Source: Candidatus Multivoradales bacterium (lineage in GTDB: Bacteria > Acidobacteriota > Thermoanaerobaculia > Multivoradales > Multivoraceae). Taken from it: a DNA stretch of 64,000 nucleotides. A program made the translations under genes and the position numbers. The notes under the pieces are model-generated. The model was not told the origin of the DNA, ran no database searches, and saw nothing but the letters and a program-made list of their open reading frames with translations. Shown piece by piece: positions 9,352 to 19,857 of this stretch (its first letter is position 1; the number at the start of each line of letters is the position of its first letter). The stretch lies in assembly GCA_965223325.1 (NCBI GenBank), contig CBDCWI010000001.1:1472001-1536000 (forward strand). Reading direction: 5' to 3'.

Positions 9352-9596
9352 CGGTCGCGCTCTTCCTCGATCAACTCGACGATGTCGACGGGCGGAAGCT
9401 CCTCGGAAGAACTTTGCGGCCTTGCAATGAGGCGTCCGTTCCGCTCGAAGAGCTCAGGTCCCGGAACCGCTCGTACCAGGCGCAGGCTGAAGCCCTCGAG
9501 ACGGAACTCGATCTCGGTACCAGGACCGAAGCCTAGACGCTTCCTGAGTGGGGCAGGAATGACCAAGCGGCCTGCCTTGTCAATGGTAGCAGTCAT
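9339..9596 (-). CDS. vapB: AbrB/MazE/SpoVT-family antitoxin (VapB-like)
   Basis: TIDKAGRLVIPAPLRKRLGFGPG swapped-hairpin motif. Confidence 0.9.
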   Translation of the reverse strand: MTATIDKAGRLVIPAPLRKRLGFGPGTEIEFRLEGFSLRLVRAVPGPELFERNGRLIARPQSSSEELPPVDIVELIEEERDRWPD

Positions 9597-9622
9597 GCCA
9601 TGATAATACCATATAAAATGGA
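9597..9622 (-). promoter_or_regulatory. Extended -10 (TGGTATTAT) 6 nt before the antitoxin ATG; probable leaderless promoter with CCAT/ATGG inverted half-sites
   Basis: Minus strand reads ccattttatatggtattatcatggcATG. Confidence 0.55.
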
Positions 9623-9772
9623 GGAGAGGCTTCCCGACCGGCCAGACCTCATCGCGCAGAGCCTTCTTTCCTGCTTAGAACCCAACGTTTGGAAGGCCGG
9701 AGCCTCCGAGAAGAGCGAGCAACGAGCGCCCGCGTGATCGGTGCCAGGCGAGAACGAATCGCCCACTCCTTC

Positions 9773-12046
9773 CTAACGAACCGCGAAGGCGACGACCGGT
9801 GTTTCCCTGGTCTGGCCGTCGGTCAGCAGAACACGAGCGTAGGTGTTGTGTTCGCCGCGGGTGGGTTGCCAGATGAAGTGGCGTTCACCGGGGCCTGTCT
9901 TACCTACGAGGTGATTGTCCACGTACCACTGGGTCAACGCGACGCCCTTGGCACTCGCAAGGCGCAGCGCGAAGGCTTCCAGTTCGTCGGGGATGCGGGG
10001 ATCGAGCGCCAGGTGGAGGCCGGGGGTGGGGCTCTCCAGGCGAACGGCAGGGCGTTGGCGAGCGCTGGGGTGGGCGGCCCGTTGTGTCGTCGGCAGGGTG
10101 TCGGAGGCCGAACCGTGTACGGGGCAGGTGGCCTGTGGCTCGTGCCCGCGGCGGAACCACTCGTCGTGTCGCGGGCAGGTGAGAGCGGCGCGGGCGCCGG
10201 TGACTGAGCAGACAGCGTGTTGGACCAGCTGGGGGTCGAGGTTCAGCCGTTCGGGTTGCAAAGAGGCGCCGGCGCGCCGGGTCAGGGCGTCGAAGACTGA
10301 GCGCAGGGCGAGGGCCGGGCCGAAAGATCCTGAGACGTCAACGGTGGGACTGCGGTCGGCATTGCCCATCCAGACGCCAACGACATAGCGCGAATCAAAG
10401 CCCACTGCCCACGCGTCGCGATGATCGTTGGAAGTGCCGGTCTTGATGGCGGTCTGGCGACCGCGGTCGAGTACCGAGCCGCCGCCAAACTCGAGTTGGC
10501 GGGCCTTGGGGTCTGAGAGCATGTCACCAAGGAGGGTGGCGACCGCATACGGCATGACCCGCCGGGACTTCGCCTGGGCCGCTCTCTGTTCGTCTAGCGT
10601 TCGGATGAGCGGGCGCCACTCTCCACCGCGCGCGATGGCGGCGTAGGCGGTGACCAACTCTTCGAGGGTCACTTCGCCGTTCCCCAAAGCGAGACCTTCG
10701 CCGTAGTGCGAGGGGTCGCGATCGAGACTGGCGAAACCGAGGTGATGGAGGCGCTCGAGGAAAGCGTCGGTGCCAATGTGCTGGACGGCGCGCACAGCGG
10801 GTGTGTTGAGCGAGTTGGCGAGCGCTACTCTGAGGCGCACCGGGCCGTAGAAGGTGCGGCTGTAGTTTCTGAAACTGTGTTGCCCGTTTCCAACCGCTTC
10901 GACCAGGGGTGCGTCGTCGATGATGGTGGCCGCCGTCCACCCACGCTCCATGGCCATGCCGTAGACGAACGGTTTCAAGGTCGAGCCCGGCTGGCGCGGC
11001 ACGGTCACTTTGTCGATGTGGCCCGCGTCGCGGTCACTTTGAAACCCGAATCCGTTGACCCAGGCCAGGACTTCGCCGCTCTGGTGATCGGCGACCAGCA
11101 CTGCACCATCGCCAACCCGGCGTTCGGCGAGACGCTCGAGGTTGCGATCGAGAATCTCCCGCGCTTCGTGCTGCAGGTTTGCATCGAGGGTCGTACGAAT
11201 GGTTCGCCCCGGCGCCGGGCCGGCCTGCTCGGGCAGTGCAGCGAGGAAGTGGCGCGCGTCGACGGGCGGTCGCGGCGCACGAACGCGCAGCGGGCGCTTC
11301 ACAATCGCTTCTCTTTCTTCTGTGCTCAAGAGACCACGGCGCACCAGCTCGTCGGCGAGCCGCAGCACGGCGGGGCGTGCCGCCTTTGGATCGCGGTGGG
11401 GATCGAGGCGACTCGGCGAACGCACCAGGACTGCCAGGGTGAGGATCTCGCTCGGGCCGAGCGTTCCAAGCTCGCGGTCGAAGGTCTCGCGTGCCGCCTG
11501 CACCACCCCGCGGCGCCTACGCCCATAGGGAACCTGGTTGAGGTAGAAGGTCAGGATCTCCTCTTTCGTGAACCGTGCTTCGAGCGCTTGTGACTCGAAG
11601 CCTTCGACCCAGCGCGACCAGGGCGTGCGGGGCCGGGGCCGGTTGATTCGAATGACCTGTTCCGAGATCGTGCTGGCTCCACGCACTGCCCGAAGCGAGC
11701 GCGCGTTCAAAACGGCGGCATGCATGCGCGCCAGCCAGTCGACTCCTCCGTGGTTCCAGAAGCGCTTGTCCTCCGCCACAACAAAGGCGTCGCGCAACAG
11801 CGGCGGGACCTCTTCCCAGCTCAGTTGATTGTTCAGGTTGGGCCCGTCGCCGCGCTCCTCGGCGAGCACCACGCCGTTGCGATCGAGGTAGGTATCGGTC
11901 GCACCAACGGTCCACGGCGGCAAGCTATCGGGAATCGGCTGGAGGGCCTGCCTGGTCTTGATGATCAGACCAGTAGCGGCAAGGAGCGAGACGACGGCCG
12001 CCACGAACATCCAACGAAGCCAGGGTGCTGAAGGTAAAGAGCGCAT
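9773..12046 (-). CDS. pbpC: Penicillin-binding protein 1C
   Basis: EDKRFWNHGGVD and GASTISEQ (transglycosylase); STLK, SLN and KTG (transpeptidase); directly follows the A2M gene. Confidence 0.92.
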   Translation of the reverse strand: MRSLPSAPWLRWMFVAAVVSLLAATGLIIKTRQALQPIPDSLPPWTVGATDTYLDRNGVVLAEERGDGPNLNNQLSWEEVPPLLRDAFVVAEDKRFWNHGGVDWLARMHAAVLNARSLRAVRGASTISEQVIRINRPRPRTPWSRWVEGFESQALEARFTKEEILTFYLNQVPYGRRRRGVVQAARETFDRELGTLGPSEILTLAVLVRSPSRLDPHRDPKAARPAVLRLADELVRRGLLSTEEREAIVKRPLRVRAPRPPVDARHFLAALPEQAGPAPGRTIRTTLDANLQHEAREILDRNLERLAERRVGDGAVLVADHQSGEVLAWVNGFGFQSDRDAGHIDKVTVPRQPGSTLKPFVYGMAMERGWTAATIIDDAPLVEAVGNGQHSFRNYSRTFYGPVRLRVALANSLNTPAVRAVQHIGTDAFLERLHHLGFASLDRDPSHYGEGLALGNGEVTLEELVTAYAAIARGGEWRPLIRTLDEQRAAQAKSRRVMPYAVATLLGDMLSDPKARQLEFGGGSVLDRGRQTAIKTGTSNDHRDAWAVGFDSRYVVGVWMGNADRSPTVDVSGSFGPALALRSVFDALTRRAGASLQPERLNLDPQLVQHAVCSVTGARAALTCPRHDEWFRRGHEPQATCPVHGSASDTLPTTQRAAHPSARQRPAVRLESPTPGLHLALDPRIPDELEAFALRLASAKGVALTQWYVDNHLVGKTGPGERHFIWQPTRGEHNTYARVLLTDGQTRETPVVAFAVR

Positions 12047-15000
12047 TTAGGGCACCACCTCGTCAGCCGCGTCTTCCAGGTGCATGGGCACCACGAGACG
12101 GCCTGAACCGCTACGACCGAACACGTCCGGGTCGTACATCTCTTCGGCCTCGGCTGACAGCCACTGGAACTCGCCGCCGCTGATGACCTGCCCGACCCAG
12201 GCAAGGTGGTAGCGCCCCGGGCCGAGAAAGTCGGAGTAGAAATTGACCGCGTCGTGACCGAGCTCTCGATGGTAGAAGCCGGAATCGCTCGAACCGAACT
12301 CGCGCCAATCGCGATGGGCCCACCAGTGCGAACGCACTCCGAAGCCATCGCGCGCTTTGTCAGCGTCGACCTGCGAGGCGGTTTCCAGGTCGCGATTCAC
12401 CGGCTCTATTCCACCGGGCACCGGGTCAGAGACAGCAACGAAGTTACGGGCCGTCGGCGCATCGATGAACAGGTCGACGCGCACCAACTCGCCCGCTCCT
12501 AGCTCCACCTTGCCGGCCAGCTGCTGCCATCGACCGTCACGCTGGACGTGAATCTCCCGCACCACCTCAATGCCGGCGTTGGCCGCGGTGTCGGCTGAGA
12601 GCTCCTTCGGAGCCCAGGTCAGGCGGGTGGCCAGGTAGCTCCGCCCGCTGCCTCGACGTTGTGCCTGGAGCTCGAATTCACGCCCGGGCAGGTCGGCATG
12701 CGCACCGAGATCGGAGGCGCCAACCACAAGCGATCGTGGTGTCGCCCGTTTGTCATGCAGCTCCAGCTTTCCCACCCGTCGCCCGTCGAGGCGCGTGGTC
12801 CACACGACGTCTGTGTCCGCGCTCTCGTAGACCGTGGCGAAGTCGCGCATGCCAGCGATACAGAAGACGTTCTCCTGGGTGTTCTGCCAGTGAAAGCGAT
12901 CGTCGCGCGCCGCGGTGATCGAGCGCATCAGGCGGAAGCTGTCGTCGGCCGCATCGATCCCGGTCGGTGAACCGTCGCGTGAACGCACGAGAGCGCTCAG
13001 AATCGAGCATGACGTACGGGTCGAGGAGTAGTGCATGCGAGCCCAGGAACCTCCCAGGGCTTCGTCGAATTGCAGCTTGCCCGCGGTTCGATCAGACGAT
13101 GCAAAGATCGAGTCGCGCAGCACCGTCACCAGGTCGTCGTGGCCCATCACGTCGGCTGCGATCAGGTAGTGCGCGCGACCGAAGAGGCTCATCTCATCGG
13201 CGCGCCGTTGCCAGCGTTCCAACTCGTCGGCGTCGAGGCGACCGCGCAGAGCCAGACCCGCCATCGCCACCGCCCGCGTCGAGAGTTGCATCCGCGGAAC
13301 CCAGGAGTCGCCGAACGCTCGGTCGTTGCGCAGCAACCGATCGAGGTAGCTGTGCAGGCGCTTCTCGGCAGCCTGCGGAATCACGTAGCCGGCCTCTGCC
13401 AGCCACGCCAGCCCGAGCGCCGTGTAGGCACTGAGGTACGGTGAGACGTAGCGGTCTTCGGGCCGCCAGTAGGCCATGCCCCCGTTGGGCGCCTGGAAAC
13501 TCGTCATGTCTGCGAGCACACGCTCGGCCAACTGCTCTGCCCCGTCCCACGCAAAGTCGGCGGGTAGGTAGTCCGCGAGCTCGATCGAGCGCGCCGCGCC
13601 GAGGGCGCGCGAAAGACGTTGCTCCCAGCAGTCGTGCGGATAGTCACGCAGGTAAGCGAGTGCACCGTCAACGGAACCCACCACCGAGGCCAGGGCTCTC
13701 ACTTCGAGCTCGACGGTTTCGGGACGCAGGTTCAGAGGTAACCGCAGGTTCAGGGCGATGTCGTCTTCGGCACTCGTCTGCCAGCTGGCGGCGGTCTCGA
13801 AGAACTGAGCCGGCAGGACGTCGAGGGGAACCCGCAGGAGGTCGCGGTTCTCCTCGTTCGAGCGGTCGTGGGCGCGCACCGTCAGGTTCAGGGTGCCAGG
13901 CCTGTGAACACGCACCGGGAAGACGAGCGGAACCCGCTGGTAGGGCTCGGCCCGAACCGTTCGGCTCAGGGCTCCGGCACTCTCGCCGGGGCCTTCGACA
14001 CTCGCACTCAGTACGAGCTCCCGCGTCTCGTCGGTGCGATTCATGACTGTGAACCGTGCTTCGAACAGGTCGCCTTCGCGCACCTGGTTGGGCAGCGCCG
14101 GTCGCAGCTCGATGGGCTGGTTGACCTTCAGGTTGCCTTCGCCGAGCCCGAAGCGATCGCTCGGCGTCGCCGCCATCGCAACGATGCGCCAACCGGTGAG
14201 GTTGTCGGGCAGCTCGAACTCGATGCGCGCTCGGCCATCGGCGTCGGTTTCGAGCGCCGGGTTCCAATAGATCATCGAGCGGAAGTCGGAACGGAGGGCG
14301 TCGGGGCCAAGCCCATCGCCGCCGGCGTTGGCACCCTTTTTCTCGAACTTCTGCATTCCGATCAGGCGTTTGATGAGGTTGTAGTTCTCGACGTCCAGGG
14401 GCGGCAACTCATAGAAGCCTCGATAGGGATCGAACGCACGGCGCCCACCCTGGATCAAGTCGAAGACCGCCTCGTCGAGCACCGCGACCGCCAGCTGGAT
14501 CGGTTCGGAAACGACGCCTTCGTGCCGAGGCTTGGCGACGATGTTGGCAACCGCCATCTCCCGTGGACGCCAGGTCTCCTTCTCGGGCGTCACCTCGATT
14601 TCGATCTGCTTGTACGGATCGACGACTTCCATGCGCACATAGCCCATCCGGAACGCCGGCTTGCCGAGGTCAACCGTCGCGAAAGACTCGCCACGTTCGG
14701 CCGGCGGAACGTCGACCCTCGGCGAAGTGACCACTGCCGAAAAGTAGAAGCCCGGGCTCTGGTCCGGACCAACCTCGACTTCGACGACCTCGGTCGGGCC
14801 TGCCAGGACCTTCGTCCAGCTCCTCTGGACTCCGAGGCGCTCGACGGTGAAGAGAGCGCGCGCACCGGGGAAGGGATTGCGAATCAGAAAGCGTGCGGTC
14901 TCGCCTACCTCGATCGACGTCGATTCCACTTCGATCGGCAGCTCGTGACCAGGCGGCGAGCGCCAGAGAGCCGCGCCGGCGCCAATGCCCCACCGGCGCG

Positions 15001-17914
15001 TCGTCGAGCGATGCGTTCGCCCATCGGGGGCCTCGACCGAGGTGGTGATCTCATAGAGACCGGGTCGATCGGGGGTGAAGCGGCAGCGCCGGATACCGGT
15101 CTCGGCGGGCTGGTGGGATGGGTCGTCTGGACCACACCTCTCGACGGGAACCCAGTTGCTCTCGTATCTGGTGAGGTAGGCGTTCCCCGCGCCTTTGACC
15201 CGTGCCGCCTTGACTTCTTCGACCTGCACGGTCGTGGTGACTGAAGCGTTCGCGAGGACGGAATCGTTCGAGTCGAAGGCGACGGCTTCGGCCACTGCCT
15301 CTTGGCCCTTCTCGAGCAGCCAGCCCGGCACCCGCAAGCCAACCACCTGGCTTCGACCGCGATAGTGCGCGCTGGCCCGGGAGGCGATGGACTTGCCGCG
15401 GTCGTCGCGCACGCTCGCCTCAACCTCGATGCGCCCGTTGACCACCGCAGAATCGCTGACCTCGAACGAAGAGCTGGCGTCGCCTGAGGCGTCGAGCTCG
15501 AGGTCTTCCTGCAGAACGTCGCGCCGCCTGACCTTGCCGCCGTCGAAACGAAAGCCTGCGGCGACGGGGTGATCAATGCGAATCGGAGTCGGCACCAACG
15601 ACGCGTTGAGTCGCGCTTTCGCGCCACCGTAGGGCCCACCAGAGTGCAAGCGCGCCGCTACATCGGCGGTCACTTCGTCGCCGGGCTCGAATCGATCGCC
15701 GCTCAACTCGGTCGTGACCCGGAAGGGCGAGGGGGTGAAGTCAGTAATCAGCACCCGGAGCGGCGAGAACCTGTAGCGATCGCTGCCGGTAAACGAGACT
15801 TCGAAGTCGTACCAACCCATGGCAGCGTTCTCGGGCACCGACCAGTCGCCCGCGAACGAGCCGAACGCATCGAGTGCGATGTCGCGGCGGGAGAAGGCTT
15901 CGTCGCCCTTGGGATCGAGAATGCGCAGGTCGTACTTGACGTCGCGCGGAGCCACGAGAGTCAGATTGGACTGGTCGCGCAACCAGATCTTCCACTGCAC
16001 GAGACTGCCCGGACGGTAGACGCCCTGCGCGGTCGCGCCCCAGGAGGTCATGTGGCCGAACTGGCGGCGCCTGGTACTCGGGATCCAGCTGTTGTTGGGA
16101 CCTCGCGCGTCGACCTCGAAGTCATAGATCGCCGGCACCAGGGCAAGCGAGCCTCTTCGTTCGACTCGAAACCAGAGCTGCGACTCATCGGCGTCGAAGT
16201 ACCCGGTGCGGTCGAGCTCGGGGTCGACGACAGCGCTGCCAGGCAAGAGCGCAAGGCCCGAAGCGTCTGACACGCCGCGCGCAGCCAGCTTTTCCGGTAC
16301 GTCGAGGTACCGGCCCCTCGCCCGATAGGCACTCACCACCGCACCCTCCACCGGCTGCCCGGTCGCCAGATCGGTGATCCACACCAGGGTGTTCTGGTGG
16401 CCGAGCTTTACGTGCACCTGGAACGGCGTCACCTGGGCAAAGAGTGGCCGTCGATGATCGAACGGTCGCGGCAAGACGTCCGCTGTGACCGCGCCGCTTT
16501 GACCACCCAACCAGCCGCGCACGTCGAGCGGCATGGCGTACGCGATGTCCTGCACCGGATCGACCGGCACATCCACCTCGAGCTCTTCGACCGCCTTCGC
16601 CGTCACCTTCCTGCCGGTGACGTCTACGCCGCTGAGATTCGTGACGTAGATCGGCGGGTGGGTCTGGGCTTCGAGTTCGAGCACCGCGATGGTGTTCGGC
16701 ATCACCAGATCGGGGCGGCGATGATCGGTGGCGAAACGAAAGTCGATCGCTTCGGCAAGCGGGCGGCCGAACTCGTCATGGATCTTTCGCCGCGGCGCCC
16801 GCAGCCGGTAATCGGTGAACGCACGAAGACCCGGCGGCAGTCGCAACCGATACTCGCGGCCGCGTTGATGAAGTTGATCAAGCCGGCTGTAGGACCAGGT
16901 GTTCTCCCAGATGTCGATCTCATCGTTGCCGGCCGTGGGGTCGGGCTCGATGACCAGACCTCGGGCGAGCTCCTCTTTGACAACCGGTGAACTGAAACGC
17001 GCCCAGATCGTGCTCTGCGGGTCGCATGCCGAGGTCGAACCCGCCCCCACGTCCAGGTCTACGGACTGACCCTCGAGCCGGTCACAGGTCACCCCAAGGA
17101 AGCGAGGCTCGGGGAACGTCGCACCCGAGAGGCGCACCTCTTCTTTCTGCCCCAGCAGTGGCCCATGCGGTGAACGCAGCCCGGGCTCTTCACGCACGAA
17201 GATCGGGGTGTCTCCCTCGAGCTCGGCCGCCGGTTCGAGCCTGAAGTTGCGCCCGACCGACGGCACCTCACTGCCAGTCGCCCAGGGCACCGCCACCAGG
17301 GGAACCCGGGCGCCGCCAACCTGCAAGAAGACGTGCTCGGTGAGTGACTGGAGGAGAACATCTTGATCGGTGTAGACCACAAAGCTCGGAAGGTTCGGCG
17401 AGCGCCACTCGGCAAGGTGGACCGAACGAACCTGCGGCCGACTGGTGAAAAAGCTCTCGCTGACCGTTCGTAGGAGCGCCTTGCCGTCGAAGGTCTCGAA
17501 TGGCGGTTCGATGCGCACCGTGTAGCGCGTCGCCGGCTGGAGTGCAGCGTCGCTGGGCAAGCGGCACGACAGGGTGCGTGGATCGGCGAAGCGCCACGCG
17601 CACGGAAGCGGAGGAGAGATCGAAACCGGCAGTTGGGAGTCATCACGGGCCATTTCCCCGAGTGGCACGACCGGACGGGAAAACTGGATGGTGATCTGCT
17701 TGCGCGCCTCGACCTCCTCGCCCCGGGGCGTGACCCGAACGACTCGCAACACATCGTCTGCCGTCTGACCATGCGCCGGCGCTCCGAGGCCGAGCGCCGA
17801 GAGCGCAATCGGGACAAGAACGAGGATCAGCAGATAGAAGATGCCGACCACCAACCAGTAGCGATGAATCTGATGTGACCTGGTGGGCCGAGTGGCGTTC
17901 TGTTCTTTGGACAT
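12047..17914 (-). CDS. Bacterial alpha-2-macroglobulin (1955 aa)
   Basis: Thioester motif YPHDCWEQ; GVYRPG, LPDNLTGW and AEEMYDPD motifs; pbpC downstream; ATG 17914 has an AGGA SD. Confidence 0.93.
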   Translation of the reverse strand: MSKEQNATRPTRSHQIHRYWLVVGIFYLLILVLVPIALSALGLGAPAHGQTADDVLRVVRVTPRGEEVEARKQITIQFSRPVVPLGEMARDDSQLPVSISPPLPCAWRFADPRTLSCRLPSDAALQPATRYTVRIEPPFETFDGKALLRTVSESFFTSRPQVRSVHLAEWRSPNLPSFVVYTDQDVLLQSLTEHVFLQVGGARVPLVAVPWATGSEVPSVGRNFRLEPAAELEGDTPIFVREEPGLRSPHGPLLGQKEEVRLSGATFPEPRFLGVTCDRLEGQSVDLDVGAGSTSACDPQSTIWARFSSPVVKEELARGLVIEPDPTAGNDEIDIWENTWSYSRLDQLHQRGREYRLRLPPGLRAFTDYRLRAPRRKIHDEFGRPLAEAIDFRFATDHRRPDLVMPNTIAVLELEAQTHPPIYVTNLSGVDVTGRKVTAKAVEELEVDVPVDPVQDIAYAMPLDVRGWLGGQSGAVTADVLPRPFDHRRPLFAQVTPFQVHVKLGHQNTLVWITDLATGQPVEGAVVSAYRARGRYLDVPEKLAARGVSDASGLALLPGSAVVDPELDRTGYFDADESQLWFRVERRGSLALVPAIYDFEVDARGPNNSWIPSTRRRQFGHMTSWGATAQGVYRPGSLVQWKIWLRDQSNLTLVAPRDVKYDLRILDPKGDEAFSRRDIALDAFGSFAGDWSVPENAAMGWYDFEVSFTGSDRYRFSPLRVLITDFTPSPFRVTTELSGDRFEPGDEVTADVAARLHSGGPYGGAKARLNASLVPTPIRIDHPVAAGFRFDGGKVRRRDVLQEDLELDASGDASSSFEVSDSAVVNGRIEVEASVRDDRGKSIASRASAHYRGRSQVVGLRVPGWLLEKGQEAVAEAVAFDSNDSVLANASVTTTVQVEEVKAARVKGAGNAYLTRYESNWVPVERCGPDDPSHQPAETGIRRCRFTPDRPGLYEITTSVEAPDGRTHRSTTRRWGIGAGAALWRSPPGHELPIEVESTSIEVGETARFLIRNPFPGARALFTVERLGVQRSWTKVLAGPTEVVEVEVGPDQSPGFYFSAVVTSPRVDVPPAERGESFATVDLGKPAFRMGYVRMEVVDPYKQIEIEVTPEKETWRPREMAVANIVAKPRHEGVVSEPIQLAVAVLDEAVFDLIQGGRRAFDPYRGFYELPPLDVENYNLIKRLIGMQKFEKKGANAGGDGLGPDALRSDFRSMIYWNPALETDADGRARIEFELPDNLTGWRIVAMAATPSDRFGLGEGNLKVNQPIELRPALPNQVREGDLFEARFTVMNRTDETRELVLSASVEGPGESAGALSRTVRAEPYQRVPLVFPVRVHRPGTLNLTVRAHDRSNEENRDLLRVPLDVLPAQFFETAASWQTSAEDDIALNLRLPLNLRPETVELEVRALASVVGSVDGALAYLRDYPHDCWEQRLSRALGAARSIELADYLPADFAWDGAEQLAERVLADMTSFQAPNGGMAYWRPEDRYVSPYLSAYTALGLAWLAEAGYVIPQAAEKRLHSYLDRLLRNDRAFGDSWVPRMQLSTRAVAMAGLALRGRLDADELERWQRRADEMSLFGRAHYLIAADVMGHDDLVTVLRDSIFASSDRTAGKLQFDEALGGSWARMHYSSTRTSCSILSALVRSRDGSPTGIDAADDSFRLMRSITAARDDRFHWQNTQENVFCIAGMRDFATVYESADTDVVWTTRLDGRRVGKLELHDKRATPRSLVVGASDLGAHADLPGREFELQAQRRGSGRSYLATRLTWAPKELSADTAANAGIEVVREIHVQRDGRWQQLAGKVELGAGELVRVDLFIDAPTARNFVAVSDPVPGGIEPVNRDLETASQVDADKARDGFGVRSHWWAHRDWREFGSSDSGFYHRELGHDAVNFYSDFLGPGRYHLAWVGQVISGGEFQWLSAEAEEMYDPDVFGRSGSGRLVVPMHLEDAADEVVP

Positions 17915-18064
17915 GACGGAATCCTGAAGTGGGCAGGGGCGCCTCGAGCTTCGCCCGCGAGAATGTCCGCCGACCGTGAGGTTGCAGGTACGGCGGGTAC
18001 CTGACGATGAGATCGCACGGCAATCGCAACGAAGTGACCGAGGCCGGGCAATTGGGAGGCAGAT

Positions 18065-18083
18065 TGTGGCGAGAGGGTGACGA
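18065..18083. promoter_or_regulatory. Direct-repeat box TGTGGCGA-gagg-GTGACGA upstream of A2M-pbpC
   Basis: Near copy of 7080-7098. Confidence 0.6.
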
Positions 18084-18254
18084 GCGAGGAGAGAGGCGAG
18101 GTGGCCGCGTCGAACGAATCGGCCGAACGTCCCGATTCTTTCGCCTCGAAGCTGGTCAAACAACTCGCGGAGGTGGGCGCAGATAGCGTCGAGCCCGGAT
18201 CTCGCACCGTTGCTATGCTGCGGCCATCATTTGATCCTGCGGAGTTCGAGCACC

Positions 18255-19817
18255 ATGCGCACCCCGGCAAGTCGGTCTGATCTCGGTAAGTCCCTGACCG
18301 CAAAGAATTTCCTTGTTTGCTTCGCAGTTGGCCTGGCTGCGTTCTCCGGCGTTTCGCTGCCCACTGATGCGATGCAACCAGGCGAGCCGACGGTGATCGA
18401 CACGATGGACTTCACCACCATCGACGACGAAGCTGTCCTCGAAATCCGTGCCGGCGGCCCGCTGCTCTACAGCCACTACCGCAACCCGTCCAACGACTGG
18501 GTAGTCGAGCTGGCCAACTGTGTACCCGGTGAAGAGCTCAGCGATGTGGACGTCCAGTCCGGCCTGATCGAGTCGGTCAAGATCTCGAGCGAACGCCTCG
18601 GCCGGGGACGACCCTTGACCACGCTCACCGTCGCGACCCGCACCGCGAGCGTCGCCAGCCTGGTCAATCAAGACGACACCCTGACTGTGACGTTCCGCCC
18701 CAGCGATCGTGGTTCGGTCTACGCCAGCGAGCCCGCGGAACTCGCCTCGGCATCTGCACCCGACCAACCGGCCCTTACCGAGCCCGGAACCCAGCCGGTT
18801 GCCGAAGTGGCAACGCCAGCTGTGGTGGGTGGCGAAGAGACCGAACCACGTGCCCTCGAGACCGGTACCGTCGAACTGGTGCCCGTTGACTCGACGCGCT
18901 CGGAGCCGGGACCGGCGCTCGAGAACCCTGGTCCGCTCGACAGCACCGCCCCCGGAGAACCAGCTGGGACGACAACAACACGCATCCCGCAGCAAACCGC
19001 CCCGCGCCAGGCGCGCGTCGCGCTCACTGGCGCCAGCAGCCCCGTAGCCGGGCCACCAGCAGACGGCGCGGCCGCCAGAAGCCTCAGGGACGTCGAGATC
19101 GAGGGCACCGGGGCCTCGGCGAGTTTTCACCTCGAGGCCGACGGTGAACCCGAATGGAAGAGCTTCTTTCTAGCCGACCCGCCCCGCTTCGTGCTCGACA
19201 TCGATGGCGCCAGCAATGACGTGCGCCGCGGCACGGTCGACGCCCGCACTCCCTGGGTCGAGCGCGTGCGAATCGGCCAGTTCCAGACCAGTCCGTTCCC
19301 GATCACCCGGGTGGTTTTCGACCTGCGCGAGAAGCGCGCACCGTACCTCACTCGCCGCGGAAACGTGTTGGTTGTCTCCTTCGGCGAACCGTTCACCAGC
19401 GACGTCACCGCGACCCCCGACATCACGACAACCACCACGACGACGGTTCCCCGAGGCCCTACCGATCCCGCCAGCGTGGTGCGCGCCTACATCGACGCCT
19501 TCAATCGCGCCAGCGTCGACGACATCTTGTTGACCGTGACCCAGGACATTCAGTGGTTCTCGGTCATCGAGAACCGCCTGCTACTCGAAGCGGAAGGCAC
19601 CGAAGACCTGTCGCGCTCGCTGCGAGCCTACTTCGCGAGCTTTACTGCCCGGTCCGAGATCGAAGACCTGATCGTCAACGGACGCTACGTCTCGATGCGT
19701 GAGCGGGTGCGCTGGAACGCGACAGATGGCACGCCACATACACAGGCTTCCCTGGTGGTTTTCGAGATCGAGGGCGATCGCATCTCGCGAACCTGGTACT
19801 ACCCTTCGCAACCCTGA
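18255..19817 (+). CDS. Secreted AMIN-domain protein with a C-terminal SnoaL/NTF2-like domain
   Basis: Signal peptide; FFLADPPRFVLDIDG...VRIGQFQ...TRVVFDL AMIN motif; Pro/Thr-rich linkers; VVRAYIDAFN...VFEIEGDRISRTWYY. Confidence 0.72.
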   Translation: MRTPASRSDLGKSLTAKNFLVCFAVGLAAFSGVSLPTDAMQPGEPTVIDTMDFTTIDDEAVLEIRAGGPLLYSHYRNPSNDWVVELANCVPGEELSDVDVQSGLIESVKISSERLGRGRPLTTLTVATRTASVASLVNQDDTLTVTFRPSDRGSVYASEPAELASASAPDQPALTEPGTQPVAEVATPAVVGGEETEPRALETGTVELVPVDSTRSEPGPALENPGPLDSTAPGEPAGTTTTRIPQQTAPRQARVALTGASSPVAGPPADGAAARSLRDVEIEGTGASASFHLEADGEPEWKSFFLADPPRFVLDIDGASNDVRRGTVDARTPWVERVRIGQFQTSPFPITRVVFDLREKRAPYLTRRGNVLVVSFGEPFTSDVTATPDITTTTTTTVPRGPTDPASVVRAYIDAFNRASVDDILLTVTQDIQWFSVIENRLLLEAEGTEDLSRSLRAYFASFTARSEIEDLIVNGRYVSMRERVRWNATDGTPHTQASLVVFEIEGDRISRTWYYPSQP

Positions 19818-19857
19818 GCCTTCGCGTAGCCCTTCGCCCCCGCCGGGGTGCACGCTC

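Noticed and set aside
17915-18163. 83-aa N-terminal extension of A2M in the ORF track
   Set aside because: Low-complexity Arg/Ser/Cys sequence; the signal segment and SD point to ATG 17914
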